From Phycisphaeraceae bacterium (lineage in GTDB: Bacteria > Planctomycetota > Phycisphaerae > Phycisphaerales > Phycisphaeraceae): a stretch of 64,000 nucleotides of DNA. Each line of letters begins with the position of its first letter. The first letter of the stretch is position 1. The translations under genes were made by a program, and so were the position numbers. The stretch lies in NCBI GenBank assembly GCA_029260635.1, contig JAJDCW010000038.1, positions 745 to 64,744 on the forward strand, in the 5' to 3' direction. Below are positions 55,949 through 64,000 of this stretch, one piece after another. The notes under the pieces were generated by a model. The model saw nothing but the letters and a program-made list of their open reading frames with translations, was not told the origin of the DNA and ran no database searches.

Positions 55949-56476
55949 ATGACGGACAGTGTAATGAATGAGACAACTCATCAGGCAGACACAATCGGAG
56001 AAGATTTGGTTGATCCGGCGACAAGCCCGGACAAGCTGGTGCCTGTGAGCGAGGCGATCCGTTATCGCAAGCGAGCTCAGGCCGCCGAGCAACAGCTCGA
56101 AGCGCTCCACGGAGAATTAGATACAGCTCGGACAAGGTTGTCCGAAGCGGATCAAACCATCGTGGGGTTGGAACGTCAGCAGAAAGTCGATGCGTTATTG
56201 ACCGAAGCCGATGTGATCGATCTGGAGACCGCCCGCCTGCTTACCGAACAGGCGGTGTCCACGATGGACGAGGCGGACGTCGAACTGGCCGTTAAAGACC
56301 TAAGACGCCACAAGCCATACCTGTTCCGACGCAGGCAGAGCCGGGCCGCTTCCGCGATGGCGCCCAACATCGACTCACTTGACCACAACCCGACCGAACA
56401 AGCTGCCGAGAAGGCGACTTTGTCGGGGGATCGTCGTGACCTGCTTCGCTATCTACGTCTGCGCCGCCAGCAATAG
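55949..56476 (+). CDS. phage scaffolding-like coiled-coil protein
   Basis: AIRYRKRAQAAEQQLEALHGELDTARTRLSEADQTIVGLERQQKVDALL lies between the portal and capsid genes. AGGAAG sits upstream of the ATG at 55949. Confidence 0.5.
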   Translation: MTDSVMNETTHQADTIGEDLVDPATSPDKLVPVSEAIRYRKRAQAAEQQLEALHGELDTARTRLSEADQTIVGLERQQKVDALLTEADVIDLETARLLTEQAVSTMDEADVELAVKDLRRHKPYLFRRRQSRAASAMAPNIDSLDHNPTEQAAEKATLSGDRRDLLRYLRLRRQQ

Positions 56477-56546
56477 TGTTCGAAATGCAGGCAAACACGC
56501 CGTGATTCAAACTACATTTAAATTCCAAACTTATTAGGAACACATC

Positions 56547-57716
56547 ATGCCATTTACAGGAAAAGCCACTTACACCGCAGGGGCCAGTCTCCCGGAACTA
56601 GTCGAAGACGTCTCCGACATCATCAGCATCGTAAGCCCCTTCGAGACGCCTTTGCTGGACCACCTCGGCGATCCGCAACGCACCGCAACCAGCACGGTTC
56701 ACGAGTGGTTGGAGGACTCGCTGCTACCCAATACGGATACCATCCAGGACCCCGTGATCTCATCCCCTCTGACCGAAACAACTTTTACCGTTGGTAACGG
56801 GGGCCGTTTCCGTGTTGGCGATCAGATACAGGTCACCGGCTCCAGAGAGGTCATGTTTGTTACCGGTGTCTCCAGCAACGATTTGACCGTGATACGCGGG
56901 TACGGTGGAACGACATCGGAGGGCCTGGTGGATGACGCGACGATCCGTATTCTGGGCAACGCAGCACTTGAGGGGGATGATGCGCCGGCGTCACGGTTCA
57001 CCAGCCGGGTCCGCAAGACTAACTACACGCAGATCTTCACTTCGACGGTGGAGGTGTCGGGCTCTCAACTTGCCTCCAAACAGATCGGATTGTCTGACGA
57101 GTTGGATTATCAGAAGCAGGAGCGTCTGCGTGAACTGATCCGAGACCTTGAAAATTGCGTAATCAACGGTGTCGCCGCGATGTCGAACCCCGAGGGCAAT
57201 GCATCGATACGTCGGACCATGCAGGGGATCATCCCGTTCATACAGACGAATGTATATGAAAGTGGGGCCGGGGGCTTCCCCTCGGGCTCCGGAGCGGGTT
57301 CCGATGAGCTGACGGAAGAACAGATCAATGCCGCGCTGAGGCGGGTATGGGACGAATCGTCCGGTTCGATCGACACGATCCTGGTTGGTGGGCTCCAGAA
57401 GCGGCGGATCAACAGCTTTATTACTGGCAGTCGGGGTTATAGCGAGAGTTCGACACGATTCCGCGATCTGGTCAGCACATATGAATCCGATTTCGGCGTC
57501 TGCCGGGTAGTTCTCTCTCGCTGGGTCCCTCAAGACACCGTTCTGCTTTTGGATTCTTCTCGGATCGATGTGCTGCCCCTGGCCGGCCGAAGTTTCGGAT
57601 TCAAAAAACTGGCCTCGACCGGCGACAGCGAGACCGGGCAGGTGATCGGCGAGTACTCGCTGGAGCTGCGTAACGAGCTGGGGCACGGGCTGATCCGTGG
57701 CCTCGCGACGAACTGA
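56547..57716 (+). CDS. phage major capsid protein (DUF5309/SU10-type, HK97-fold family)
   Basis: The N-terminus TAGASLPELVEDVSDIISIVSPFETPLLDHLG resembles the conserved start of this capsid family. The 389-aa size and the position after the scaffold also fit. Confidence 0.65.
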   Translation: MPFTGKATYTAGASLPELVEDVSDIISIVSPFETPLLDHLGDPQRTATSTVHEWLEDSLLPNTDTIQDPVISSPLTETTFTVGNGGRFRVGDQIQVTGSREVMFVTGVSSNDLTVIRGYGGTTSEGLVDDATIRILGNAALEGDDAPASRFTSRVRKTNYTQIFTSTVEVSGSQLASKQIGLSDELDYQKQERLRELIRDLENCVINGVAAMSNPEGNASIRRTMQGIIPFIQTNVYESGAGGFPSGSGAGSDELTEEQINAALRRVWDESSGSIDTILVGGLQKRRINSFITGSRGYSESSTRFRDLVSTYESDFGVCRVVLSRWVPQDTVLLLDSSRIDVLPLAGRSFGFKKLASTGDSETGQVIGEYSLELRNELGHGLIRGLATN

Positions 57717-57757
57717 TACGCCGGGCCTTGATAGAGGATTCTCTACACGGCTATAGG

Positions 57758-57781
57758 GCCGGGGGTTTAATCGCCCCCGGC
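57758..57781 (+). other. GC-rich stem-loop GCCGGGGG-N8-CCCCCGGC directly after the capsid gene
   Basis: Perfect 8-bp stem at 57758-65/57774-81. No U tract follows. Confidence 0.4.
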
Positions 57782-57821
57782 ACCTATTGAAGATCATGCC
57801 ACTTACGACGGGGATACAGCG

Positions 57822-58460
57822 ATGAATTTTTCAACAGACCGGGACCTGCTTGCGATCGAGCCCGCGGTATTTGAAGACGTACCGTTTGCGGCCCAGCGCA
57901 GAGTGAGTGTAGTGGACGGGGTCGTCAGTGGGACAACGCTAACCAGTAATAGCGCGGATTTTGTATCCGCTCAGGTCGATGCGGGGGCGGTTCTTCTGAT
58001 CAGTGGTATCGCACACGAGGTTCTGACGCGTGTAGATGCCAACACACTTACGGTTTCCCTGCCGCGACCGCACAAGACCGACGCGGGCATCCCCGGCGGC
58101 GATGGCTCATCGTTGGAAGTCACCGTTCAGACCTTCTCTCCACAGGCGGAGCTGATCCATGACGGGCTGCTGAGGCTGCTGGGCATCGATCCGGATGACC
58201 CCGATTCGGTATTAGATGAGTCAGCGATCATCTCGCAGTCATTGATGGCTCGGCTGGAAGCGTTGGGAACACTTGAGGTTGTTTACTCCGGTGCGGCTTC
58301 CTTGATCGGTGACAACGACACCCTCCTGATGAAGGCGGGGGAGTATCGCAGGCGGTTCCGCCAGGCCTGTGCGGGAGCGCGTGTGTCGCTGGATACCGAT
58401 GGGGATGGTGTGGTGGATGAGCGATTGTCACTCGGGACGATCCGATTTTCTCGCGCCTAA
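57822..58460 (+). CDS. phage structural-module hypothetical protein
   Basis: Co-oriented, follows the capsid gene and has protein-like composition. Confidence 0.5.
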   Translation: MNFSTDRDLLAIEPAVFEDVPFAAQRRVSVVDGVVSGTTLTSNSADFVSAQVDAGAVLLISGIAHEVLTRVDANTLTVSLPRPHKTDAGIPGGDGSSLEVTVQTFSPQAELIHDGLLRLLGIDPDDPDSVLDESAIISQSLMARLEALGTLEVVYSGAASLIGDNDTLLMKAGEYRRRFRQACAGARVSLDTDGDGVVDERLSLGTIRFSRA

Positions 58461-58479
58461 GCGTATTGGCAGTGTACCA

Positions 58480-58860
58480 ATGGGGCATGACATGGTGACT
58501 TTTGATGACCAAACTTTATTTGGGCCGGGGCCTGCGCGGTTCAAGATCGGGCCAATCAAACTTCGGCACGCGATTCAGCACCCGCTCGGTTCGCGTGGGG
58601 TACGTATCGAACATCAAGGCACCGAGGCGAGGGAGTTCAGGCAGACTGGTGTTCTTATAGATGATACACCCGAGAGATTACAGGTGATAATTGACGCGAT
58701 CGAATCATACATTGATGGCTTGCCACACACACTGGTGGATAGCGTTGGCCGTACTTGGAATGACACGGTCATGCTGGAGGCGGAGGCTGACCCATTTGTG
58801 CGGGCCGGGGCGCGTTGGAAGGCTTCTTACCGAATCACATACCTGCAGGTCATCGTATGA
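58480..58860 (+). CDS. phage structural-module hypothetical protein
   Basis: The start was trimmed to MGHDMVTFDD to remove overlap with the upstream gene. The stop overlaps the next start (ATGA). Confidence 0.45.
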   Translation: MGHDMVTFDDQTLFGPGPARFKIGPIKLRHAIQHPLGSRGVRIEHQGTEAREFRQTGVLIDDTPERLQVIIDAIESYIDGLPHTLVDSVGRTWNDTVMLEAEADPFVRAGARWKASYRITYLQVIV

Positions 58861-59579
58861 GCAGTTTTGTCACGATCGATGCGACACAGGACATCTTCGA
58901 GCTGGTCCTGGCCCGACCGGTGATAACAGCCACCGGCGAACATCCGTGGTTGGTTCACCTCTGGTGGCGGGCACCCCTTCAGGGGGACCGGGTTGTGCAG
59001 ATTTACGTTCAGGATGAGTTGTATGACGTGTCACTTGATTCCTGGGCAAGAGCAATGTTTCTGGTGCTTGACCGCACACGAACCAACCGTATGGAGTTAC
59101 TGGCGGTGCCGGCGGGTGACCCCGAGGCGATCTGGCGTGCACAACCCGACCTGCTTAGGTCGTGGCAGCCGCGCGTGTCGGATGTGGCGGCGGTCTCTCT
59201 TATCCGCGACGAGACGCTGTCGGTTGATACACGGGTCGATGTTGAAGTGGATGGCGTTGTTATCGATTCGGGTTTGATGTGGTCTAATCAAGTGCATCGT
59301 TCAGATCCAGATGGAAACTTGGAGGCGGGCGATGTGGCCGGGCTGGGCCTGGGTATCGGCAATCTCGGTGCCGGCCGGCTGGGTTATGACGCGGCATCAT
59401 TGTGTTGGCGTCGAGACGATCTTCGGCAGGGCACATACGACATCGTAATCGGCGCGGTGGATTCGAGCGGCCACCCCGCGGCCGACCCATTGCTGCTTGA
59501 TGATGTTTTGATCGATGGTTTGCCTGGCCAAGTTGTAGGCCTGTCGATTGATCGGGCGTTCCAGATTTCCTGGGACTAA
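58857..59579 (+). CDS. phage structural-module hypothetical protein
   Basis: Start MSSFVTIDATQ forms an ATGA overlap with the upstream stop. Confidence 0.5.
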   Translation: MSSFVTIDATQDIFELVLARPVITATGEHPWLVHLWWRAPLQGDRVVQIYVQDELYDVSLDSWARAMFLVLDRTRTNRMELLAVPAGDPEAIWRAQPDLLRSWQPRVSDVAAVSLIRDETLSVDTRVDVEVDGVVIDSGLMWSNQVHRSDPDGNLEAGDVAGLGLGIGNLGAGRLGYDAASLCWRRDDLRQGTYDIVIGAVDSSGHPAADPLLLDDVLIDGLPGQVVGLSIDRAFQISWD

Positions 59580-59651
59580 TGATATTCAACGTCGTTTGAC
59601 TCAGACCCGGGAGTGTTATCCCGTGTGTCATGATGATCAGAGGAAAATATA

Positions 59652-60104
59652 ATGCCTATCCAGGAACTTACCCCCGATCAGATTGATAGTCTGGTCGGCA
59701 CGCGCCACCCCGAGACGGGCATCGAGTACCCGCCGAACGGTCTGCAACCTTACTACCACTGGTTGATCCGTGCGTTGCACCTGTTGGCGGAATCATCACT
59801 CGGGGCGTTACGGGTCGCGGAAGTCGACTCGTCAGACACAGCGATACAGATCGCACCCGGTCGGGTAAGCATCTCGGGGGTAGTGTTGGATTTTGCCGGC
59901 CAGGTCAGCGAGTTGGCTGCCTTTAACAACGACACCGCCTACATTTCGATATTCAATAATGCGGGGTCGCCTGGGATTTCTATTAGTGCCGACGCCAGCG
60001 GTTGGCCCGTTGGGTCACACATCAAGTTGGCGGAAGTTACGATCACGGCGGGGGTGATCAGCAACATCCTGGATCGTCGTATGGAAACCGTATTCAGTAT
60101 TTAG
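59652..60104 (+). CDS. phage structural-module hypothetical protein
   Basis: A 150-aa ORF with GAGGAAAA upstream of the ATG. Confidence 0.5.
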   Translation: MPIQELTPDQIDSLVGTRHPETGIEYPPNGLQPYYHWLIRALHLLAESSLGALRVAEVDSSDTAIQIAPGRVSISGVVLDFAGQVSELAAFNNDTAYISIFNNAGSPGISISADASGWPVGSHIKLAEVTITAGVISNILDRRMETVFSI

Positions 60105-60136
60105 CACTTCACGGTTTACCTGTTGGGTGGTTTACG

Positions 60137-62353
60137 ATGCAAATACACAAACACATTGATTTTCAGGTGCCCGGGTGGGGCGAGTACTCACAGGGACCGA
60201 CCACAGGGTCCAGCGCTCTGCTGACCCAATCCGATTCCGCCTCATTCCCGGACCGGCCGAGCCGGGACGGCATAGGTTTAGACGTGGCGATGTCGGTTGG
60301 CGATGAAGGCTCATATCTCACACACGATTTGGGCGCTGAGCAGTCGGCCCTACATGTCCGGCTGCTGCTGAATCCCCAGGGGGTCAGTGGGGGTTCGATT
60401 ACGTTGCTCGCGGGGTTGGATGGGGCGGACGTGGAGTCGATGCGTGTTTCGCTGGATGCAGACAGCGGCGACCTATTCGTCTGGTTCGCTGGCGGTACGA
60501 CGTTGTCTGCGTCGTTTGGCACCGGGATATTATGGCATTGCGTGGAGGTGGCGGTTGATACCGTGGCCGACCAGGCTGATCTATGGATCAACGGTGTGCC
60601 GGCCGATCAGGTGAATGCAGGCCTGTCGGCCGCAACGATTCAGACCATCCGGCTTGGTGCCGTCCACAAAGACACCAACGTGACCGGCAGCCTATATCTG
60701 GACGAAGTCGTCTTTGCGGACAGCTATATCGGACCGGTGATTGTCGCGCCGGGCGAATCACATGCGGGGGACCCCGCCCATTGGCTGGTTGTCTACAACT
60801 CCGCAGACCCGGACGCGGGAGCCTGGGCGGAAGCATATCGATTAGCCCGAAGCATCCCCTATGCAAACCTGTTGGGTCTTGCGTTGCCAACTGCTGAAAT
60901 CATCAGCACGTCGCAATACGCCGATCTTGTGACCAGGGTTGACGCTTACCTCTCTTTAAATCAGCTCGACGGCCAGATCATGGGTGTGCTGCTTGGTTAC
61001 CGTGTGCCGGGGTACATCGACTCGATCGGCGGGGGGATTTACGAGTCGGTGCCCGCGCAGATGCAGACTGCCAGCACGACACTCGGTCCCGCGTTAAATA
61101 CCCTGGCATCACCGGCCAGCTATGAGAGGCTCACGACTCCAGACCTCGCCGGCAAGCGGATGACCGCCAGGATCGACGGGCCTGATTTGGCCACCGCTAT
61201 TCAACTCATCGATCGGGCGACCGCGATTTGTGAAACACGTCTTAGCGCAGACGACGCATTGTTTTACTTCGATCCATTTGTTGGCGATGGCGCTGTCTAT
61301 CAGTCGGCATTCAATGACATGATCGACTGGATCACCGGTAACGGGGGGATGCAAACCCGGTTAAACATCGTCCTCAGCGGTGATCCAGGCGGCAATGAAG
61401 ATGCGGGATTCGAGACGGTATCGGGTGACGGGTTGTTCTGGGGCTGGTCACTAACGCTTCCTGATGCCGACATATTCACTGCGCCTGCGGGTCGACGCGC
61501 GCTCTGCGGGCAGGTGTATCTAGACGGAGCGTCGGCTACCACCCTGCGCAGTATGTCACCAGGCAATTGGGCGGACATACCTCTGGCGGCGGGCTATGCG
61601 GCTGTCGTCGCATCCTCGAGAAACAGCCCGGTGTTCTGGATACCCGATGCCGGCGCATTGTTTGATACGCTTACGCTTGGGTGGACACTCACGGAGGCGT
61701 GGTTTGTCGCGCAGCCGGTGATACGGGGCGGCTTCTATCTCGTCGGCGACCCCTTGATGACCATCGGGATGCCACGAACGGGTACCGAAGTCTTTGGCCC
61801 TCTCGAGAGCTTAAAAGACCTGGACACGGATTCGCCGGCATTCATACTGCCGGAAAGCGTTCGTGAACTCGATCTATTCAGCGCCGCCCCCGCCGAAGAT
61901 CAGGAGGCGGTCTACGTTGTTCGACATACGGACGAGATGGGACGCGCCGAATCATCTCCGACCTCCATTCGGATCACTCACGTCGACGGCCAATCTCTCA
62001 TGCCCCCGGCCATGCCGGTGTGGCCCGATGCTGCGGGTTGGATGGCTGATGTAGAAGAGGGACAGATTCGGCTTCTGACATGTTGGGCCGGACCGATTGC
62101 GGGGATGCGTGTCGGGTCCGTTGAGTTAATGGGTCAGCTCGAGGGCGGGGCGGAGGTCGTTACAGCGCAGGCGGCAATCAACCCACGGGATGATTACGTC
62201 TTGGTAATTGAACCCCTCCCCCCGGTACGCACAAGATACCGTTGGCGTGTGACATCGCCTGATGGCGTTGTAGAGTACACGGACTGGTCCGAGTACATCG
62301 ACCCAGCTTCGGAGCCCGCGTCTTCACTTCAGCAGATCGGAGCCAGCTATTGA
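60137..62353 (+). CDS. large phage tail/receptor-binding candidate: N-terminal LamG/ConA-like lectin fold + TIGR03790-like segment
   Basis: LWHCVEVAVDTVADQADLWINGV...LYLDEVVFADSYIGP is a LamG-like pattern. WLVVYNSADPDAGAWAEAYRLARSIPYANLLGLALP resembles the TIGR03790 family start. The ATG at 60137 is preferred over the 60002 extension. Confidence 0.55.
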   Translation: MQIHKHIDFQVPGWGEYSQGPTTGSSALLTQSDSASFPDRPSRDGIGLDVAMSVGDEGSYLTHDLGAEQSALHVRLLLNPQGVSGGSITLLAGLDGADVESMRVSLDADSGDLFVWFAGGTTLSASFGTGILWHCVEVAVDTVADQADLWINGVPADQVNAGLSAATIQTIRLGAVHKDTNVTGSLYLDEVVFADSYIGPVIVAPGESHAGDPAHWLVVYNSADPDAGAWAEAYRLARSIPYANLLGLALPTAEIISTSQYADLVTRVDAYLSLNQLDGQIMGVLLGYRVPGYIDSIGGGIYESVPAQMQTASTTLGPALNTLASPASYERLTTPDLAGKRMTARIDGPDLATAIQLIDRATAICETRLSADDALFYFDPFVGDGAVYQSAFNDMIDWITGNGGMQTRLNIVLSGDPGGNEDAGFETVSGDGLFWGWSLTLPDADIFTAPAGRRALCGQVYLDGASATTLRSMSPGNWADIPLAAGYAAVVASSRNSPVFWIPDAGALFDTLTLGWTLTEAWFVAQPVIRGGFYLVGDPLMTIGMPRTGTEVFGPLESLKDLDTDSPAFILPESVRELDLFSAAPAEDQEAVYVVRHTDEMGRAESSPTSIRITHVDGQSLMPPAMPVWPDAAGWMADVEEGQIRLLTCWAGPIAGMRVGSVELMGQLEGGAEVVTAQAAINPRDDYVLVIEPLPPVRTRYRWRVTSPDGVVEYTDWSEYIDPASEPASSLQQIGASY

Positions 62354-62403
62354 AAGCCTGTGCATCCCTTGGTCCTGTCCCGCGCGCCAATGTAATAGAT
62401 GGC

Positions 62404-64000
62404 GTGCAGCCATTCGTACTGATTAATGACACACCCGAGCCCCGGCTGTCGGTTGAATCATTCAAGGTGCGCGGCCCACTGGACCTGCGAACCGCAAGAA
62501 TCATGATGGATGAGCCGGTTGGTCCAGCCGGGGTGCCACAGGTGTGGTTGAACGCTCTGGTGGCAATCGCCTGGCCCGTCAGGCTCAATGATGATGAGAC
62601 CGCCTGGCCGGTCCTGATGCGCGGAGAGCTTAAGCAGGTCCAAGCGACAGATTCGAGTGCCCAGCACGACCGATGGTATGAACTCTCAGACTTGTGGGGA
62701 CAGGCCATATCACAGCCCTTGAATTCTATCCCACAACTCAACCCGGCCGGTTCGCTGATCACGCAACCGTATGGGGCGCTGATGATCGGCCGAGAAGGGA
62801 ATCGCTCGGCGGATCGATTCACGGTGAACGGCGAGCAGGTCCACGTCATCCAGCAGGAGTCGGGTTTGATGTGGACGGTTCAATCGGCACTTGAATACTT
62901 ATCCGCGTCAGGCAGCCTCGATCTCCTGCTGACCGGTCTCCCCAGAGAGATTGCTCACGCCGATCTGGATGACACGATCGATCTGACTAAACCCCTAGAC
63001 GGGTTGCTTGAAAACATGCTGACCGAGTGCGGGTTGGTCATCCAACGCGACATCGCACGTCAAGGCGGTTCTATCAGCGAGACCCGGGCGGTACGTCCTA
63101 CCGGGTCCGGGCGACCGATACGGGTCGTTTGGGCCAACGGTTTGCGGCCTCTGGGTGATGCCTTAAAGATATCGGTTGATAGGCCCGCACAACCCGCACA
63201 ACTCTGGACCGCCCGGGCAGGCGGTTGGGTTGTCGAGTCAACATTCGAGTTGGTCGGCGGTTGGGCCCCGGCTCTGGAAGGTCAGGCAGACGATGAATAC
63301 GACGAGAGCTTAAGCAGTGACTTTGCGACCTACGCCGATGTATACCGCAACTGGGTCCTCAATGAAGACGGGTTCTATACGCAGCCGCTATTTAATCGTG
63401 GCCCCGCGTATGACTTGGCTTTGTTGTTTGGCGAACCCGGCATCGACCCTCAACCGATTGCATTACAACCAAACTTGACACTCGACGATAAAGGTTCTCC
63501 CCTTGACCCGATTGTTCAGATGAGCACGGACAGCGGGTCGAACTGGTCCGTCTTTCCCAAGTCCAGCACGATCCTGAAGGACCGAGCAGGGGTTTATCTT
63601 GACTCACAATCTCTACCGACGACATTTCTAGCCGCCGCCAAGGCCGGCAGCGCGCGCCTGCGTGCGACCGCCAGCCTACGGAGCCCGCTACCCGTCGAAC
63701 AATCCCGGTGGAAAGGCAACGCCTTTACTTCGATCCTGCCGCCGCGGGTAGTCGACCTCGCGGAAACCCATCTATTTCATCGTGTCGATCAGAACAGTAT
63801 CCATTACGACAACATACATGCGGGGGCGCTGGTTGCGGATGAGGTGGATGACAGTCATCGGTTACTCGGTTCGCTTGTTAAACAGATGGATCACGGTTCG
63901 GAGGGCGGGCGAGCCACACTTGATCTGTCGGGTGCCTGGCCGCTGCTGCGAGTTGGTGATTGTTTGCGAGAGATACGTGGACCAGGTGTTGCGGCGGACG
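62404..64000 (+). CDS. phage structural protein (tail/baseplate candidate), partial, runs off the right edge
   Basis: Own translation. The frame is open from the previous stop to position 64000 (...LINDTPEPRLSVESFKVRG...DCLREIRGPGVAAD). It is not in the ORF track because it has no stop. The start is uncertain (GTG 62404, ATG 62503 or TTG 62350). Confidence 0.55.
   Translation, partial: MQPFVLINDTPEPRLSVESFKVRGPLDLRTARIMMDEPVGPAGVPQVWLNALVAIAWPVRLNDDETAWPVLMRGELKQVQATDSSAQHDRWYELSDLWGQAISQPLNSIPQLNPAGSLITQPYGALMIGREGNRSADRFTVNGEQVHVIQQESGLMWTVQSALEYLSASGSLDLLLTGLPREIAHADLDDTIDLTKPLDGLLENMLTECGLVIQRDIARQGGSISETRAVRPTGSGRPIRVVWANGLRPLGDALKISVDRPAQPAQLWTARAGGWVVESTFELVGGWAPALEGQADDEYDESLSSDFATYADVYRNWVLNEDGFYTQPLFNRGPAYDLALLFGEPGIDPQPIALQPNLTLDDKGSPLDPIVQMSTDSGSNWSVFPKSSTILKDRAGVYLDSQSLPTTFLAAAKAGSARLRATASLRSPLPVEQSRWKGNAFTSILPPRVVDLAETHLFHRVDQNSIHYDNIHAGALVADEVDDSHRLLGSLVKQMDHGSEGGRATLDLSGAWPLLRVGDCLREIRGPGVAAD

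Noticed and set aside
56991-57797. A 268-aa minus-strand ORF across the capsid gene, and 62178-62849 (223 aa) across the tail genes.
   Set aside because: These are shadow ORFs antisense to co-oriented phage structural genes, with non-protein-like composition.
1-64000. CRISPR arrays, tRNA/rRNA genes, integrase or recombinase genes, and toxin-antitoxin pairs.
   Set aside because: I recognised no regularly spaced direct repeats, no tRNA-like T-arm/acceptor pattern, no rRNA-like sequence and no tyrosine/serine recombinase motifs while reading both strands. Absence by eye is not proof.

Overview
This is a 64-kb bacterial chromosomal segment, roughly 58-62% GC by eye. The gene content suggests a Planctomycetota/PVC-like organism: a PEP-CTERM/dockerin-like protein, a prepilin-type pseudopilin, a sulfotransferase-bearing polysaccharide locus, an MqnA/MqnD-family protein and a sigma54 activator. 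Taxonomy cannot be proven from the window alone. From left to right the window contains: (1) IS3-family debris. (2) A tightly overlapping 12-kb Wzx/Wzy-type polysaccharide locus with an O-acetylesterase, a sulfotransferase, a priming transferase carrying a degenerate GGDEF-like insert, four glycosyltransferases, a polymerase and a flippase. (3) A truncated IS3 OrfB and a cysJ-like gene remnant. (4) A 6.4-kb minus-strand operon that looks like a self-contained CDP-diacylglycerol-dependent lipid pathway, with PlsC-like, CdsA and CDP-alcohol transferase genes, an alpha/beta-hydrolase::methyltransferase fusion, an O-methyltransferase, a small EamA-type membrane protein and a SnoaL-like protein. 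(5) An aldo/keto reductase and a PEP-CTERM protein. (6) An orphan mraZ followed by about 550 nt of ORF-free, helix-rich DNA ending in a strong intrinsic terminator. (7) A histidine kinase, two parS sites plus parB without parA, and a CheY-like receiver. (8) A lipoprotein, an MqnA/D-family protein, an amidase_2 enzyme and an FHA protein. (9) A phage-derived regulatory/packaging module: CI/LexA-like S24 repressor, dual-HTH protein, ABC ATPase, GNAT-like protein, ParB-like nuclease, TerS-like protein and TerL. (10) A pseudopilin and murE-murF-mraY. (11) Housekeeping genes: FKBP, an Opp-like SBP and permease, lgt and rnr. (12) Tandem DUF2062 paralogs and a GAF-sigma54 activator. (13) A phage head/tail module (portal, scaffold, major capsid, at least six more proteins) that runs off the right edge. 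I recognised no rRNA, tRNA or CRISPR array. The observations most worth follow-up are the phage genome split exactly at the TerL/portal junction by 19 kb of core genes (an inversion or a domesticated GTA-like element), the uncharacterised ATPase/GNAT/ParB cargo under the S24 repressor, the dedicated lipid operon, the structured non-coding stretch after mraZ, and the IS3 halves that bracket the polysaccharide locus.
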